Notes: a model not told the origin generated them from the letters alone. A stretch of 64,000 nucleotides of DNA from an uncultured Phycisphaerales bacterium (GCA_963758525.1 CAVWVQ010000003.1:1952001-2016000), one strand, 5' to 3'; counted from the first letter of the stretch, positions 50,281 to 61,576 are shown. Translations and numbers: made by a program.

Positions 50281-53200
50281 CTACGGAACGAGAACCTTTT
50301 CCTTCTTCTTGTGCCCGTTTGGCGGTGTGGAAGATGCGACGGCCGGTTTGTGTTGGTCCAGCCAGGCCTGCGCGTCCCGGTCGCCGGCGTTGGCGGCCTT
50401 TTGGTACCAAGCTCGGGCTTGCGCATCATCCTGCGCTACGCCATTGCCCCATGCGTACATGCTGCCGATGTTTCGCATCGCGCCGCTGCTGCCGGCACTC
50501 GCGGCCTTTTGATACCAGACCATCGCCTGGCCGTAATCCTGTGGGACGCCCTGGCCTTTTGCGAAGAGATCACCGATGGCGTTCATCGCCGGCACGCTGC
50601 CCGCGTCGGCGCACTTTCGACACCAAATGATTGCGGCGGCATAGTCCTGCTGCACGCCCTGACCGCCCAAGTAGGCGTTGGCAACACGAAACATCGCGTT
50701 CGCGTCTCCGGCATCCGCGGCCTTTCGGTACCAGGCGAACGCCTGCGCGCTGTCCTGCTTCACGCCCTTTCCCGAGTCGTACAGCGAGCCGAGCTTTGAC
50801 ATCGCGTGTACGTTCCCGGCGTCTGCCGCCAGTCTGTAGTAAGTCGCGGCGTTCTGAAAATCGCCGTCGGTATTGCGCGCGGCATACGCATCGCCCGCGG
50901 CGACCATCGCATCGATCGCATCGCTCCGCAGACTGGCGGCTTCCTCGTTTGTCTTGTCCAGCGCAAGAACCGCATTGGCGTCGGCAAACGTTTGAGCAGG
51001 CGCGCTCGCGAGCTCCCCGTGCGCCTTGGCCAGCAACTGCCTGATCTTGTCCGCTCCGTTGGCAATCTGCATGCGCGCGGCGATCTCCTTCTGCAGACGC
51101 AGCGCATCCGGCTGATTTGCATCAAACTGCAACGATGCGGCCAGGAGTTGACTTGCCTCCGAGAGCTTGCCCGCAGCCTCCAGTTGACCGGCGGCTTTGA
51201 TCGCCGCGGCCTCCGCCTCCTGCCGCAGCTTCGGCAGCGCCGGGTTATTCAGTTCCGACTGGCTCAATGCGGCGATTCCTTGCATGGCCTCGATCGGCGA
51301 CGTCGAAATCAGCGCCGACAGATCAGCGATCTTCTGCCTCACCTGATCGCGCTGCTGCTGAATGGCATTGCGACGATCGGAAGCTGCCTGATCATCCGGA
51401 GCGGCCGACACGAGCTTACCGAGATCGGATAATGCCCCGTCATGATCCCCCGCCGCCTCCTTGGCGTTGGCCGACGCCAGCAGCGCGGCAAGGATCTTTG
51501 CCCGCAGCGCTGCCGCCTCGGCATTTGTCTGGTCGATCCGCTGCAGTTTCGCAATGGCCGCCAGAGCGTCGTACGGGCTCGAGTCGCTCTTGTCTCGCGC
51601 TTGAGCCAGAAGTCCCTGCATTTGCGATTTTCGTGCGGCCACATCGTTCATGAGCCCGTTCAGATGAGACTGCAATGCGAGCGCGTCGGCATTCTTAGGA
51701 TCAAGCCCAAGTGCAGCGGTCACCTCAGCCTGAGCCGTCTCCAAGTCCTGCGCCGTTTCAGCGTTGCGGGCATTGGCCAGGTGCTTGGCAATTTGCTGCT
51801 GTTGCGCGTCGGCCATCATCTTGATGAAGCGGGATTTGAGATCAGCCGCAGCTCGAAATTTGGGATCAATGCCGAGCAACTCATCGGCCAGCGCCACGCC
51901 CTTTTGCGGATCGGCGTCTCCCGTGTGCTCTGCCGTGCGGAGCATCGTGTTCAACTGCTGGCCATACGCCGAAAGCTTCTGCAGCTCCTCGTTGGGAGCG
52001 GCCTGGGCGGTGACGAACGTTCCGCTTAAGCCGGCAAGCTCTTTGCGCGTGAATCGCCGGGCCGCGAACGCTTCGATCTGCCGGCGGCATTCGTCGGCCA
52101 TCACCGCAAAGGACGGCGCCGCGGGCGCCGTCTGCATGACGGCAGCGAGCCGGTTTCGCATTCCCGTCAACACCGGCGAATCAGCGGGAACGGGGGCGGC
52201 AACGTAGTCCGGAATCGATTGGCCCCAGTGATGCAGCGAGGCGTCAATCAAGGGCGCATTCAACAGCGGCGCTTCCACGTCGTCTGAGAATGATGCCGAG
52301 TTCAATCCCCCCGGCCATCCCGCGTGGCGGGCGTCGTCCACCACCCTGGCAAACAGACTCGCCCTGGCATCCACCGCCTTGAGCGCCGCGAGGCCGACGC
52401 AATTGTCCGGCGTGCATTTCAGATTCTGGCGGGCGCTGTCGGCAATCGTTTTGAGATTGCTCGAATAGCGCGCCAGGAACGCGTCGCCGCCCGCGGGTCC
52501 GGCTGCCGAGAGGTGCAGGTCAACGGAACGGGACAGATCGACGGCCTTCTGGATATCCCGCGAGAGCGACGGGCGGATCTCCACCAGCGCACGAACCGCA
52601 TCCGCGGTCTGCGCGTTGAGCGTCGCGCATTGAGCCACGGCAGCGCCAAGAATCTCCGCCGGCTGATTCAGCCCGCTGTCGTGACAGGCCGCCTGAAGCT
52701 GCTTGGCCGCGGCCAACCGCTGCCACAATTTCTCATCGAGCGAATGCGAAAGCGTGTGCAACAGGGCAACCGCTTCGCGCGATCGGTTGAGCGCCGCAAA
52801 ATCCGGCTTGTAAATGACAGCCGATGGAAGCTGCAGATTCAGCAGATCGTGCTGTTGAATCTGATCGGCCATCGCAAGCAACGATGCGTCATTGGCAGGA
52901 TCGAGCTTGCCGGCATCGCGCTCGCTGATCAGCGTCGACGCCAGCGGCCCAAGCCAAGTGTCGCGCGCCGATTCAAACTCGGCCTGATTGCGATGCTCGA
53001 GCTGCGCGACGCCGATCGCCCCTGCCGCCACCAGGCCGACAATGACCCCGCCCGCCAGGACTGCCGCCCCGGCCCGAGCAGGCCGAAGCCGCCGGACGGA
53101 GGCGGCGACCTCCTCCAGCTTGGGCAGCGGCTTGCCCGGCATGGGATCGAGCAGCCGGTTGCACAGCGCCCGCCACCCCTCGCCGCGCGAACCCAGATTC

Positions 53201-53820
53201 GCCCATTGCGCCCCCGCAGGCACCGGCCAGCTCCCCGGGCCTGCAAATCGCCGGCACAAGACGACCTGATGGATCAGATCTCCCAATGCCGCCAGATCGC
53301 TCTCGCTTGGCTTTTCCATCTCGGCGGCCGGGTCGCTCAGCACGATCTTTGATTTGCGAAGCGACGGAGCGCCAGCGATCAACACGTTCGTCGCCTTCAG
53401 CGCGCCGTGCCCCCGGGCCGCCCCCTTCTCAATTTCCAAAAGCCCCGCCACCACCGCGCGAATGAGCGCATGCAGTTCGGCGCAGCCGAGAACCACGCGC
53501 CCATTGATCAGTTTCTGGAGTGAACGGGAGTACAGATCCGTGACGAAGAACGCGCCCCCATCCACCCTTCCCAAATCGTGAACCGGCGCCCAATGGCTCG
53601 CCCCTCCGGCCGCAAGCTGCTTCTGCAGCCCGGCCCGCGCCAGAAATGTTTCAACCCCTTCCGTGTCGTCCCTGATCTCGTACGTCGCCGGCTGAAACAG
53701 CTTGATGACCCGCCGCGTGGCGCTGTCGCCGCCCCCGGACTTCACCATCGCCACGCTCCCAAGAGCGGTGCGATAGAGTTCCTCGCCGACGTCGTAATTG
53801 TTGACGCGTGCTGCAAGCAT
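50281..53820 (-). CDS. Ser/Thr pseudokinase + TM + TPR-like region + Sel1-like repeats (1179 aa)
   Basis: Kinase-fold remnants VIK, HGALKATNVL and LSDPA; TM AAVLAGGVIVGLVAAGAIGV; C-terminal G.GV.QD.A.A..WY.KAA repeats. Confidence 0.85.
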   Translation of the reverse strand: MLAARVNNYDVGEELYRTALGSVAMVKSGGGDSATRRVIKLFQPATYEIRDDTEGVETFLARAGLQKQLAAGGASHWAPVHDLGRVDGGAFFVTDLYSRSLQKLINGRVVLGCAELHALIRAVVAGLLEIEKGAARGHGALKATNVLIAGAPSLRKSKIVLSDPAAEMEKPSESDLAALGDLIHQVVLCRRFAGPGSWPVPAGAQWANLGSRGEGWRALCNRLLDPMPGKPLPKLEEVAASVRRLRPARAGAAVLAGGVIVGLVAAGAIGVAQLEHRNQAEFESARDTWLGPLASTLISERDAGKLDPANDASLLAMADQIQQHDLLNLQLPSAVIYKPDFAALNRSREAVALLHTLSHSLDEKLWQRLAAAKQLQAACHDSGLNQPAEILGAAVAQCATLNAQTADAVRALVEIRPSLSRDIQKAVDLSRSVDLHLSAAGPAGGDAFLARYSSNLKTIADSARQNLKCTPDNCVGLAALKAVDARASLFARVVDDARHAGWPGGLNSASFSDDVEAPLLNAPLIDASLHHWGQSIPDYVAAPVPADSPVLTGMRNRLAAVMQTAPAAPSFAVMADECRRQIEAFAARRFTRKELAGLSGTFVTAQAAPNEELQKLSAYGQQLNTMLRTAEHTGDADPQKGVALADELLGIDPKFRAAADLKSRFIKMMADAQQQQIAKHLANARNAETAQDLETAQAEVTAALGLDPKNADALALQSHLNGLMNDVAARKSQMQGLLAQARDKSDSSPYDALAAIAKLQRIDQTNAEAAALRAKILAALLASANAKEAAGDHDGALSDLGKLVSAAPDDQAASDRRNAIQQQRDQVRQKIADLSALISTSPIEAMQGIAALSQSELNNPALPKLRQEAEAAAIKAAGQLEAAGKLSEASQLLAASLQFDANQPDALRLQKEIAARMQIANGADKIRQLLAKAHGELASAPAQTFADANAVLALDKTNEEAASLRSDAIDAMVAAGDAYAARNTDGDFQNAATYYRLAADAGNVHAMSKLGSLYDSGKGVKQDSAQAFAWYRKAADAGDANAMFRVANAYLGGQGVQQDYAAAIIWCRKCADAGSVPAMNAIGDLFAKGQGVPQDYGQAMVWYQKAASAGSSGAMRNIGSMYAWGNGVAQDDAQARAWYQKAANAGDRDAQAWLDQHKPAVASSTPPNGHKKKEKVLVP

Positions 53821-53950
53821 CGATTTTCCCCAACCAACGCATCATAAAACACAGAAGTGGGCCTGCAAAGCGAATAATAACGGTGATTATTGGCGGTCGC
53901 GGCTGTAGTTTCGTAAACTATTTTGATCAGGGTTTTTATCCGGAGTCGCT

Positions 53951-54358
53951 ATGCAGGCGGTAGATCTCTTGCTGGGAGGCGAAGCTCTCTCGGACAATGT
54001 CATCGAGCGGTGGTTGGCAGCAGCGTTGACTGAGGCGACGGCGCTGCGGGACTTGGATGACCAACTCTATCCTGCCGACACCGACCCGACGCATCTCGAA
54101 CGGGCCCAGCGGCTGCACGCAACTTGGCGTCAATGGGCGGATCAGTCAGAGCGATTATTGCAACGGATTGCCGCTCAGGGCACTCAGGCCCAGGCCAGAA
54201 AAGATGTGCTGCAGCTTCATCGCGAAAATGCTTGGGCACGGGCGCTGATAAGGCGAACTCCACAGATGATACTCGAACGCCTCAACAAGGCGCGGGAGGG
54301 CGAGGTTCTGACGATTGCGGAGGCACGCCGTGAGCTACGCACTCAGCATCAGCCTTGA
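53951..54358 (+). CDS. Hypothetical helical protein, possible type II antitoxin
   Basis: 135 aa, GGAG RBS; C-terminus GEVLTIAEARRELR overlaps a RelE-like start. Confidence 0.6.
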   Translation: MQAVDLLLGGEALSDNVIERWLAAALTEATALRDLDDQLYPADTDPTHLERAQRLHATWRQWADQSERLLQRIAAQGTQAQARKDVLQLHRENAWARALIRRTPQMILERLNKAREGEVLTIAEARRELRTQHQP

Positions 54359-54395
54359 TGCACTGCGAGAATTGCAGCGACTCGATTTCTGGCGA
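54330..54395 (+). pseudogene. Possible N-terminal remnant of a RelE/ParE-type toxin
   Basis: GGAGG RBS + GTG 54330 gives MSYALSISLDALRELQRLDFW, after which the similarity is lost. Confidence 0.35.
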
Positions 54396-54441
54396 AAGTT
54401 ATGCTGTCTAACGCATTTAATCTACTGCGGGCGGATAAGCG

Positions 54442-55155
54442 TTGAGCGAACCTCGCGCCGCCACTACTGCCGCGCCCAGATCGGATGTTGAGTTCGCACA
54501 TCAGTTGATCGAGTCGTGCCAGGGTTTGGTGCGCTCCATTGCGTGGAAAATACACCGCAAGCTCCCTCGGCAGGTCGATATCGACGACCTGATCGCGTAC
54601 GGACAGGTCGGGCTGACTCAGGCCGCGAGCAATTTCGATCGGCAGCGCAAGAACGAATTCAACACCTACGCTTTTTACCGCGTGCGCGGGGCCATTTTCG
54701 ACGGCCTCAAGCAGATGGCGTGGTTTAAACTTCGCGATTACGACGCTTCCACCTACGAATACCAGGCCGAGGAGCAGGACAGACAAGCCGCCCTGGAGAA
54801 TCCCGCCCCCGAGGCGGATGCCGAGGGATGGCTGGGGGGCATGTCGAAGCGCATGTCGGTCCACTCGCTGAGTTCCGGCTCTGAAACGCGCTCCGATGGG
54901 AAGCTGGTAGACGAGCGTTCGGCCGCCCCTTTGACGGCCGCCAGCGACCGTGAACTGCGGCAGAGCCTCGCCAGGCTGATCGACGAGCTGCCGGCCGACG
55001 CGAAGGCGTTGATTCGCGCCACCTATTTTGAGGGAGTCACCCTCACCGAGGCCGGCAGGCGGCTCAATATGAGCAAAGCGTGGGCGAGCCGGTTGCAAAC
55101 GCGCGCTCTGCAACGTCTGGAGCGGGGATTACGGTTATCCGGGCAGTTCGATTAG
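54442..55155 (+). CDS. RNA polymerase sigma factor, FliA/WhiG family
   Basis: LVRSIAWKI...DDLIAYGQVGLTQAASNFD...FNTYAFYRVRGAIFDGL (region 2) and YFEGVTLTEAGRRLNMSKAWASRL (region 4). Confidence 0.92.
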   Translation: MSEPRAATTAAPRSDVEFAHQLIESCQGLVRSIAWKIHRKLPRQVDIDDLIAYGQVGLTQAASNFDRQRKNEFNTYAFYRVRGAIFDGLKQMAWFKLRDYDASTYEYQAEEQDRQAALENPAPEADAEGWLGGMSKRMSVHSLSSGSETRSDGKLVDERSAAPLTAASDRELRQSLARLIDELPADAKALIRATYFEGVTLTEAGRRLNMSKAWASRLQTRALQRLERGLRLSGQFD

Positions 55156-55193
55156 CGACGCTCTGCTGCCGGTAGCGGATATATCAAAAATAG

Positions 55194-55223
55194 TTGCAAG
55201 TAGTTACGGGCGTTCGCTACCAT
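55194..55223 (+). promoter_or_regulatory. Candidate sigma70-type promoter for the T6SS operon
   Basis: TTGCAA-N18-TACCAT preceded by the AT-rich tract ATATATCAAAAATAG. Confidence 0.4.
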
Positions 55224-55310
55224 GGCGCGGCGTCCGGCGGAAGCTTGGCCGGACTGGAATGACTGTCGGCGAAAATCGAGCGTGAGTGGCAGCTGTGTGA
55301 CGGGGAAAAG

Positions 55311-56406
55311 ATGGCGTCCGGCGCGATGGAAATGTCTGATTGTCTGCTTCCGATTGCCGGGAGCAACCCTGCGGGAACGGACCTGCGCTGATTTCTCGGC
55401 GCAATCCCTGTACCGGCGCATTCGCGACGCGCGCACGCAGGCGCGCGACATCGAGAAACAGGCGCTGCAGGGAGACAGCGGTCGGCCCGACTGGAAGCCG
55501 GTGATCGAACTGTCGCGCAAAGCGCTGATCAAGCAATCCAAAGATCTTCAAATCGCCGCATGGATGACCGAGGCGCTGCTCCGCATCGGCGGATTCGCGG
55601 GACTCGACGGCGGGATCCGGCTCATGAGCGGGCTGGTGGAGAAATTCTGGGACGCGCTGTATCCGATGCCGGATGAAGAGGGCATCAGCACGCGAGTGGC
55701 GGCGCTGACCGGGCTCAATGGGGAAGATGGCGAGGGCGTGCTGGTGTATCCCATCAGCAACGTCCCAATCATCCCTGCCGACGGTGTCGCGTACGGGCTC
55801 TCGGCATATCAGCAGGCGAGGAGCCTGGCGGCGATCGCCGACGAGGACGTCCGGCAGAATCGAATTTCGCGCGGAGCGGTGACCGTCGAAATGCTGCAAG
55901 CCGCGGCGAGTTCGGCGCCGCCGGAGTTCGCGGCTTCCATACGAGATCAAATCAAGCAGTGCCTCGCATCGTGGGACGAACTGTGCAAGCTGCTGACGGA
56001 AAAGTGCGGCAACGACGCGCCGCCGGCATCGAAGATTCGCGAGCTTCTGGTCGAGGCCTCGGAGATGACGACGCGATTCTATCCCAATGCCGCCGCCGAC
56101 GCTCCAGCCGAACCGACTGCCGCTCACGCAGAGGCGCAGGCCGGCCCGGCAACGACCGCGGCAGCCGGTCCCATGGTCGCGGGCGCGATCGCGAACCGGG
56201 AGCAGGCGTTCGGCACGCTGCAGAAGGTGGCGACGTTTTTCAAGCGAACCGAGCCGCACAGTCCCGTTTCCTACGCGCTGGAGCAGGCGGTGCGATGGGG
56301 GCAGATGCCGCTGCCGCAGCTTCTCACTGAACTAATTTCTGAAGAATCGACATTGAAGAGCGTTTATAAACTGATCGGCATTCCTCAGGAGGCAAAGCAC
56401 GAATAG
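55311..56406 (+). CDS. tssA: T6SS protein TssA (ImpA), frameshift near 55385
   Basis: MASGAMEMSDCLLPIAGSNPAGTDLR joins ADFSAQSLYRRIRDAR...SKDLQIAAW...FWDALYP...FFKRTEPHSPVSY if one GC is restored. Confidence 0.93.
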
Positions 56407-56445
56407 GCAAGCCCTTGAGAGCCGGCACATTGCAGGAGCCAAGTC

Positions 56446-56955
56446 ATGACCGAGTCGATTTATGATTCACTGGACCGTGTCAGAAAGCCCCGGATCCAGA
56501 TCCGCTACGACGTCGAGACCGAAGGAGGAGTGGTCAAGAAGGAACTTCCCTTTGTTGTCGGAGTGCTGGGAGATTTTTCCGGTAACCCCACCGAGCCGCT
56601 CAAGCCATTGCGGGATCGCAAATTCATTTCGATCGATCGCGACAACTTCGACCAGATTCTCGCCCGGATGACCCCGGGACTGAATCTCAAGGTCGAGAAC
56701 ACGCTTAAGGGCGACAACAGCCAGTTAGGCGTTCAACTCGCGTTCAGCAAGATGGAAGATTTCGAGCCGGGCGCCGTCGCCAAGCAGGTCGAGCCGCTGC
56801 GAAAGCTGCTGGAAACGCGCGACAAGCTGCGCGACCTGCAGACGAAAGTGGATCGTTCCGACAAGCTCGAGAACCTGCTCGAACAGGTGCTGCAGAATTC
56901 AGACAAACTCAAGGAACTTTCCGGCGAAATCGCCCCAAAGGATGGTGACAAGTGA
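56446..56955 (+). CDS. tssB: T6SS contractile sheath small subunit
   Basis: [14 protein letters not shown]...[15 protein letters not shown]...IDRDNFD...MEDFEP. Confidence 0.98.
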   Translation: MTESIYDSLDRVRKPRIQIRYDVETEGGVVKKELPFVVGVLGDFSGNPTEPLKPLRDRKFISIDRDNFDQILARMTPGLNLKVENTLKGDNSQLGVQLAFSKMEDFEPGAVAKQVEPLRKLLETRDKLRDLQTKVDRSDKLENLLEQVLQNSDKLKELSGEIAPKDGDK

Positions 56956-58449
56956 GCGAAGCGAAAGCAAAGACCGAGGCAGCCGCGGCGACGACCACCG
57001 TCAGCGCGCAACCTTCCCTGCTCGAACAGGCCATCTCCAATACCAAGCAGACCGCGCCCGACGATGCGCGGGCGCTGATCGGCAACCTCGTCGACGAGGC
57101 GCTGCAGGGGTCGATCACCTGGAGCAAGAACGTCAGCGAAACGCTGCAGAAGCGCATCAACGCGATCGATGCCGCGCTCTCCAAGCAACTGGCGGCGATC
57201 ATGCACGCGCCGGCGTTTCAGAAGCTGGAAAGCACCTGGCGCGGGCTCAAGTACCTGGTCTACAACTCCGAGACCGGCACGACCATGAAGATCAAGGTCA
57301 TGAACGTGTCGAAGAAGGATCTGTTTAAAGATCTCGACTCGGCGTCGGAATTCGATCAGAGCCAGACCTTTAAGAAGCTGTACGAAGACGAATTCGGCAA
57401 TCCGGGCGGCGAGCCTTACGGGGCGCTGATCGGGGACTACGAGTTCACCAATCACCCTGACGACATGGAACTGCTCGGCAAGATGTCCAAGGTTGCCGCG
57501 GCCGCGCTGTGTCCCTTCATCTCCTCCGCATCGGCGCAGCTCTTCGGCTTCGAAAACTTCACGGAGCTGAAGCGCCCGCGCGATCTGAAGAAAGACATGA
57601 GCGCGCTGGAGTATCTGAAGTGGAACGCGTTCCGCGACTCGGAAGACTCGCGCTGGGTGACGCTGGCGATGCCGCGCGTTCTGTCGCGCCTGCCGTATGG
57701 CGCGTCGACCAAGCCGATCCCGGAGTTCAACTTCGAGGAAGTGGAACTCGACGCCAAGGGGAAAGCCAAGCCGGTGAATCACGAGCATTACGCCTGGATG
57801 AACGCCGCCTGGGCTCTGGGCCAGCGGCTGACGCATGCCTTTGCGAAGTACGGCTGGTGCACCGCGATCCGCGGCGCTGAAGGCGGCGGCAAAGTCGAAG
57901 GACTCCCCGCTCATATCTTCACGAGCGACGACGGCGATCCCGATCTGAAGTGTCCGGCGGAAATCGGCATCACCGACCGCCGTGAAAAGGAACTCAGCGA
58001 CTGCGGGTTCCTGCCGCTGTGTCACTACAAGAACACGGACTTCGCGGTCTTCTTCGGCGCAGAGCTGCCAGCGACCCAAGAAGTATGACGTCGATGCCGC
58101 GACGTCCAACGCCGCGATCTCCGCGCGTCTTCCCTACCTCATGGCGGTGTCGCGCATGGGCCATTACCTCAAGGTCATCGGCCGTGACAAGATCGGGTCG
58201 TTCATGGAAGTGGACGACTGCAAGGACTGGCTGAACCGCTGGATCTCGCAATACGTCTGCTCGGACCCCAAGCCGACGCCGGAAATGAAAGCCAAATTCC
58301 CGCTCGCACAGGCCGAAATCCGCGTGGAAGAGGTTCCCGGCTCGCCGGGCGCGTACAACGCCGTGGCGTACTTGCGTCCCTGGCTGCAGTTGGAAGAGTT
58401 AAATGCTTCGCTGCGATTGGTGTCGAGGATTCCGCAGATGAAGAAATAG
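56952..58449 (+). CDS. tssC: T6SS contractile sheath large subunit, frameshift near 58060
   Basis: [30 protein letters not shown] and IRGAEGGG; continues in ORF 57982..58449 ([10 protein letters not shown]...RDKIGSF...[10 protein letters not shown]). Confidence 0.96.
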
Positions 58450-58495
58450 ATCGGAGAATTTGTTTCGATGCAGCGCGTCGTCGCATAAACCCCGT

Positions 58496-58561
58496 GTAGG
58501 GCGGGATTCATCCCGCCGTGGTCGGCCTGATGCCATGTCGGCGGGATGAATCCCGCCCTAC
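58496..58561. repeat. GTAG-type REP doublet, family C, followed by a degenerate family A unit (58602-58633)
   Basis: Perfect 23-bp inverted arms GTAGGGCGGGATTCATCCCGCCG. Confidence 0.88.
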
Positions 58562-58683
58562 GTGGTTAAGAGCCCGTTTGCGAGCCGCGATACTCCTGAT
58601 CACGCCCTCTCCTGAGAATCCGGGAGAGGGCGTATCGAACGGGCTCGAAAACGGCACATCATTGAGAGATTTCAGGGCGAGAC

Positions 58684-60269
58684 ATGGACGCATCAGCGGA
58701 AAGTCTGGCGTCGACAACGCTCTACGCGGATGACGTACGCAATGAGACTGCCGCTGCGCAGCCGGTGATTGACGCGCCGGTATTCTCGTTGCTCGACGAG
58801 ATTGTCGCGGCCACCAGCCCGGCGGCGGCTGAGCGACCGGTGTCGGCTCCGCGTTTGGCGCGGTTTCTGGAGGAAACCAGTCCCGTCAGATCCCTGGAAT
58901 TGTGGGCGGGCCGCCAACTGTCGGTGGAGTCGATCTCCCAGCGGCAGGAGATTGTTCGGCGCATCGGACGCGACATCGCCCGGATCGACCAGCTCGTCAG
59001 CGATCAGGTCAACGCCATTCTCCATCATCCCCGGTTCCAGCAACTCGAGGCGTCGTGGCGCGGACTGCTCTATCTGGCACAGCAGGCCGGAGCGGATGAG
59101 AACATCAAGGTCAGAATCCTCAGCGTGAGCTGGCGCGAACTGGCGCGGGATGCCGAGCGGGCGGCGGAGTTCGACCAGAGCCAGTTGTTTCAACGCGTCT
59201 ATGAAGACGAATTTGGAACCCCCGGCGGCGAGCCGTTTGGCGTGCTGATCGGAGACTATCAGATTTCCCACCGCATCACCGAGGAACATCCCGTCGATGA
59301 TGTGGCCACACTCACCTCCATCGCCGCGGTCGCTGCGGCGTCGTTCGCGCCGTTCATCTGCTCGGCCGATCCTTCTCTTCTGGGCCTCGACGCGTTTGAG
59401 GAACTCGATGCGTCCCTCTCGCTTCGCTTCGATCAGTTGGAATATCTGAAATGGCGGGCATTCCGCGAGCGTGAAGAGGCGCGGTTCGTCGGGCTGGTGA
59501 TGCCGAAGGTGCTCATGCCCCCCCCTACGAGGATGATGCATCGCGGACCGATCGCTTCCGATTTGCGGAAAAGGTCGGGGGCGAAACCGCGGGGAATTAT
59601 CTGTTTGGAAATGCCGCCTACGCGTTTGGAGGCGTTCTGATCCGCACGTTCTCCCGCACCGGCTGGCTGCTGGATATTCGCGGCGCACGACGCGACGAGA
59701 TCTCCGGGGGCGTGGTGGAGGGTCTGCAGCCCGCGTCATTCCGAACGGATCGCCGCGGAGTGATGCCAAAGCCGATCACCGATCTGATCGTGACCGACAT
59801 TCAGGAACGCCAGCTCTCGGGGGCCGGGTTTATTCCGCTGACCGCGCTGCCGGAATCGTCCTCGGCAGTCTTCTACAGCAATCAGTCGCTGGCGATCGCG
59901 AAGGAGTACGACAAGGAAGTCGCCACCGCCAACTCGCGCATCTCCAACATGCTCCAGTATGTGCTGTGCGTTTCGCGATTTGCCCATTACCTCAAGGTGA
60001 TGGGGCGCGACAAGGTCGGCTCGTTCTCCGAGGCGCAGGAAGTGGAGAACATGCTGCAGGACTGGCTGCGGCAATATACCGCCGACGATGACAACGCCAG
60101 CCCGGCGGTCCGTGCGCGGTTTCCGCTGCGGGAATTTGAGATCAACGTTACCCCGGCCGGCGACAAGCCGGGGGTGTACCGCTGCGTCGTTCATCTTCGG
60201 CCTCATTCGCAGACCGATGAATTGGTCGGAAGCCTGAAGCTGACGACCGAACTGGCGCCGGCCTCCTAA
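58684..60269 (+). CDS. tssC: Second T6SS sheath large subunit (ImpD-like TssC2), frameshift near 59520
   Basis: ILHHPRFQQLEASWRGL and EFGTPGGEPFG; resumes after a poly-C run (YLFGNAAYAFG...SRFAHYLKVMGRDKVGSF...LRPH). Confidence 0.92.
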
Positions 60270-60286
60270 CACTGAAGAATGACACG

Positions 60287-61087
60287 ATGACTGCAACCGA
60301 ACATTTTCGAGCCGATCAACTCCCCGAGGCCATCGCCGCCGCGTCCGCGCGGCTCAAGAGCAATCCGCGGGAAATGTCCGTCCGCTGGTTTCTCAGCGAG
60401 CTGCTCTGTTTCGCCGGAGAATTCGACCGCGCCGACAACCAGTTGGATACCCTTGCCACGCAAAACGACGAGATGAAGCTGGCCGCTTCGCTCTTCCGCC
60501 AGCTCATCCGCGCGGAGCAGGCGCGCGGGCAGTTTTACACCGAGGGGCGCGTCCCCGAAGTCGTGGAAAATCCCGGGACGGACATGCGGCTGCGTCTCGA
60601 AGCGAGCATCCTGCTCCGCACGGGCGAAACCGGGAAAGCCACGAGCCTGCTGGTGGAGGCGGAGAGAAGCCGCCTGAAAAATCCCGGCAAAACTGATGAG
60701 GCGCCGTTCTCGGATTTCCGCGATCTCGATGACCTCACCTCCTCCGTGTTCGAGATCTTCACGCCCAACGGAAAATTCTACTGGGTTCCGATCGATCGGA
60801 TGCAGCGCGTCGAATTTCATCCGTGCGCCCGCGCCCGCGATCTGCTCTGGCGTCCCGCCCATGCCGAGATTGAATCCGGTCCCAGCGGCGAGGTGTTTTT
60901 TCCGACTCTCTATGCCGGCTCTACGAAGGCGGCCGACCCGCTCATCCGCCTGGGCCGAAAGACTGAATGGATTGGCACCGGCGAGGAACCCGTGCGCGGC
61001 CTTGGGCTTCGCACATTCCTGCTGGGCGACAAGGACCTCAGCATTCTTGAATTGAAAACGCTGGAATTTAACCGGGCACAGGCCTGA
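60287..61087 (+). CDS. tagJ: T6SS accessory protein TagJ (ImpE)
   Basis: ELLCFAGEFDRADNQL, FRDLDD, FYWVP, RDLLWRPA and RLGRKTEW...RGLG. Confidence 0.93.
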   Translation: MTATEHFRADQLPEAIAAASARLKSNPREMSVRWFLSELLCFAGEFDRADNQLDTLATQNDEMKLAASLFRQLIRAEQARGQFYTEGRVPEVVENPGTDMRLRLEASILLRTGETGKATSLLVEAERSRLKNPGKTDEAPFSDFRDLDDLTSSVFEIFTPNGKFYWVPIDRMQRVEFHPCARARDLLWRPAHAEIESGPSGEVFFPTLYAGSTKAADPLIRLGRKTEWIGTGEEPVRGLGLRTFLLGDKDLSILELKTLEFNRAQA

Positions 61088-61576
61088 TGTCGCGCATCAA
61101 CCCCAATCAGCCGCTGCTGCCGTCGGTGTTTGACCGGTTGATCGCGCGCTCCACCGACTCTCGTTCGACGGTCGGCTCGGGTCAATTGCTGCGTGAGCTC
61201 AAGCAGGCGGTGCGCCGCGATCTGGAGCAACTGCTCAACACGCGCCGGCCGCCCCGCTCCTGGCCGCCCAGCATTGCCAAGGAGCTGGACGATTCGCTGA
61301 TCAGCTACGGACTGCCGGATTTCAGCGGGATGAATCTGGGACCCCAGGCCAACCGCGAGGACTTCCGCCGCCTCATCGAGAAGGTGATCCGGCGATTCGA
61401 GCCGCGCTTCAAATCCGTGCGCGTGCAGCTCGTGAAAAACACCAGCACGATCGACCGCGCGTTCCGTTTTCGCATCGAAGCCGTGTTGCGCCGAGCCGCA
61501 CCCCGAGCCGGTGGTCTTTGACTCGTCGCTCAATATCACAACCTCCGATTTTCAGGTCATGCGAGACAGCCGATGA
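61087..61576 (+). CDS. tssE: T6SS baseplate subunit TssE, frameshift near 61490
   Basis: PSVFDRL, VRRDLEQLLNTR, SYGLPD and FEPRF; restoring one GC gives EPHPEPVVFDS...* overlapping the tssF ATG. Confidence 0.92.

Noticed and set aside
54405..54440. Sigma28 autoregulatory promoter (GCGGATAA)
   Set aside because: A -10-like octamer is present, but there is no TAAA at the required spacing and it lies too close to the start codon.
58450..58683. Missing hcp between the two tssC genes as evidence of a defective T6SS
   Set aside because: In imp-type loci hcp is encoded separately, and the operon continues beyond the window.
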